Position numbers and translations under genes: made by a program. A stretch of DNA of 64,000 nucleotides, from NCBI GenBank assembly GCA_040285855.1, contig JAUFOQ010000017.1, positions 1,426,001 to 1,490,000 of the forward strand, in the 5' to 3' direction. Below the pieces are notes generated by a model. It had not been told where the DNA came from and did not search any database. It saw nothing but the letters and a program-made list of their open reading frames with translations. This document shows positions 62,141 to 64,000 of the stretch, one piece after another; position 1 is the first letter of the stretch, and the number at the start of each line of letters is the position of its first letter. This stretch comes from Eukaryota sp. GEM-RC1 (Eukaryota).

Positions 62141-62646
62141 TTACTGTAATTTTTTCACCTCAGATACAAAAGTCTGTACAAATACCTGTAAGTGCCCAGC
62201 AAGTTGATCTTCTTCTTTAGTGTCAAGTTCAGCTTTTGGGCTTGCAGTAGGGGATCCGGCACGATTCAATAGAAATTCTAGTTCTCTCGCAAGTTGTTGA
62301 TAGTTTTCTCCGTGTTCGCCCATATAGTCCGAGTTACCAATACCAATGATTGAATGAACAACTCTTGGTAGGGAACCGGTACTGCTGACGTCACGAAGCG
62401 TTTCAAAGAATTGCTTGCCGTTTTTCTGAGATCAGTAGCTTAGAAAGTACGTACCGGAACTTCTTTGTAGGAAGGGATGATGAAGAGGACTTTAGCTCGA
62501 TTGGTGTTCAATGATTCGATGTCCAAGTCGTTGAGTGTGGATACTGATACGGTAGCATCGTGTTGCTTTTCCAGCAGAGATCTGACCTTCTCAACAACTT
62601 CTTCTGTGTGGTGATGAGAACTTGTGTAGGCGATTTTGATCTGCAT
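62141..62646 (-). CDS. Stand-alone flavodoxin-like protein, 2 exons
   Basis: Splicing intron 62426-62454 joins MQIKIAYTS...LFIIPSY..VP to KNGKQFF..L...IIGIGNSDY...NY...ARELE. Confidence 0.7.
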
Positions 62647-63099
62647 GAAGTTGAGAAATGTCGTTAAAGATTGTCTTAGACAATAATTTACAGGAGACAA
62701 GTCACACCTGTCGACATCTCAAGTTACCTCTCATATATAGTTACGCACACCTAAGCAGGCAGTGGTAAGTAGAGAACATACATGTACCAGCAGACAGAAA
62801 CATGAATTCTTAAAGTAATCCAACTTGACAAATTAAATTAATGATAAACTCCTAAACAAACTCTGATGAGTTTCATCTTAAAACTCCCATCAGGAATAGC
62901 TCCTGAACGTTCAAGTGTTACTTTCAATACACTCAAAACTGTTTCAGGTAACAGTTCATCTAATGTTACAGATGTCCTTTTTTTCAGTTGTATTGTTATG
63001 TCCGAACTGAAGAGTTGTCTTTTTCTCGTTTATTTGGTCCATTGAACCTCGTCTAATAGAAAATTCGTTCCATTGCTGTCGGTGAAGCAATCTATCGTC

Positions 63100-64000
63100 T
63101 GTTGACTTCTGATGTCGTGGGAAGAATTTTGAACGAAGTTAAGGAGTTATTTCCCTTTGTGAACTACTCATCATTAGGTTTTCGATTACTGGGTTGGTAT
63201 CTTGGTTCACATGACAACATTGTCACAGACGTAAATTTATCGTAGGATTCAATGCAGCATGAATTAGACCAAATACAGGAATTAGGTAAGATGTTCGGTG
63301 ATTGACAGAAGGATCATACTTTAGATACTCCAGTTAGTGTCGGTTAGTTATTATTTTTTGCAAAAGCATTTATTTCCCTGATTGATCATAAACAACGTTT
63401 TTATTAATTACGGAATTACAATTAGAACAACATCTCAAATTCTTCTAGTTCATGCTAAACATTTGTTATTCAGGAAAAGTTACTCATCTGCTTCGCTCTC
63501 TACCCCCTGTACTTACCTATAACTGTTGTAGAAGCTTTAACAAAATTCGTACTGACTTTCGTTAATTTTTGTTATCAGTGGATCCTGCTGCTTTGAACAA
63601 TCACATCTTCTCAGATCATCATCTTGGTGGTATGGGTTTCACTTCGTCTCAATGGTGGACCAAATCTGCTTTTATTGGTGGCGGTATGAACTTTGTCTTT
63701 GAGTTCTGTAGACGTTATCCAAGTCAAGAAAATCTCCTTGTTTCTACTAGTACTTTTTTCTTGTAATATTTGAGATCAGAATTGTCTCTATTTTGACCTG
63801 ACCTCTGGCAAACTTTCTTCAGCTGATATTTGTGAAATACCAAAACGATGTGCTACGTTAAAAGTTTGTCTTATGAAACTGCAAAAACACCTTTTAAAAC
63901 ATTTTGAATGTCTGGTTTTTAAAATTCGACTTGAATCGGTCAAAGAAAAAGATCCAGCATTCGCAAAATTTTTAATCGATTTGAAGGACAGTTCTTCGGG
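63100..64000 (+). mobile_element. Degenerate CRE-type retrotransposon of a further family, running off the window end
   Basis: FRLLG.YLG, ICYSGKVTHLLRS, GGMGFT...KSAFIGGG.NF.FEF homologous to F1. Confidence 0.82.

Overview
Eukaryotic nuclear DNA from an intron-poor, flagellated protist (BBS8, ARL2BP and SAS-6 homologues; 25-33 nt GT-AG introns; standard genetic code). The first ~39 kb is a repeat-rich accessory region. It holds a full-length CRE-clade (RLE-type) non-LTR retrotransposon split by a nested hAT/MULE/Gag-only mini-LTR stack, many further CRE fragments from several families, and hAT, Mutator and Tc1/pogo-type non-autonomous elements with recognisable TIRs and TSDs. It also holds at least eight copies or fragments of two divergent SAS-6 (centriole cartwheel) paralogues. 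The most striking structure is an AT-rich, intronless ~4.1 kb block of giant-virus-like genes (LRR protein, dTMP kinase-5'-nucleotidase fusion, two small paralogues, RBR E3 ligase, DGQHR protein) at the centre of a large inverted duplication whose arms are built from SAS-6 sequence. From ~40 kb onward the window is mostly ordinary housekeeping genes: GGH, Sds3-like, PLAC8, BBS8, RMI1/TDRD3-like, TRAPPC6, ARL2BP, TSR1, UBA1, a multi-ependymin-domain protein, COMMD4 and a flavodoxin-like gene. A tRNA-Pro lies at 30.4 kb. Many single-base frameshifts fall in homopolymer runs, including in essential genes, and are probably assembly errors. All family assignments come from motif recognition by eye, not database searches.
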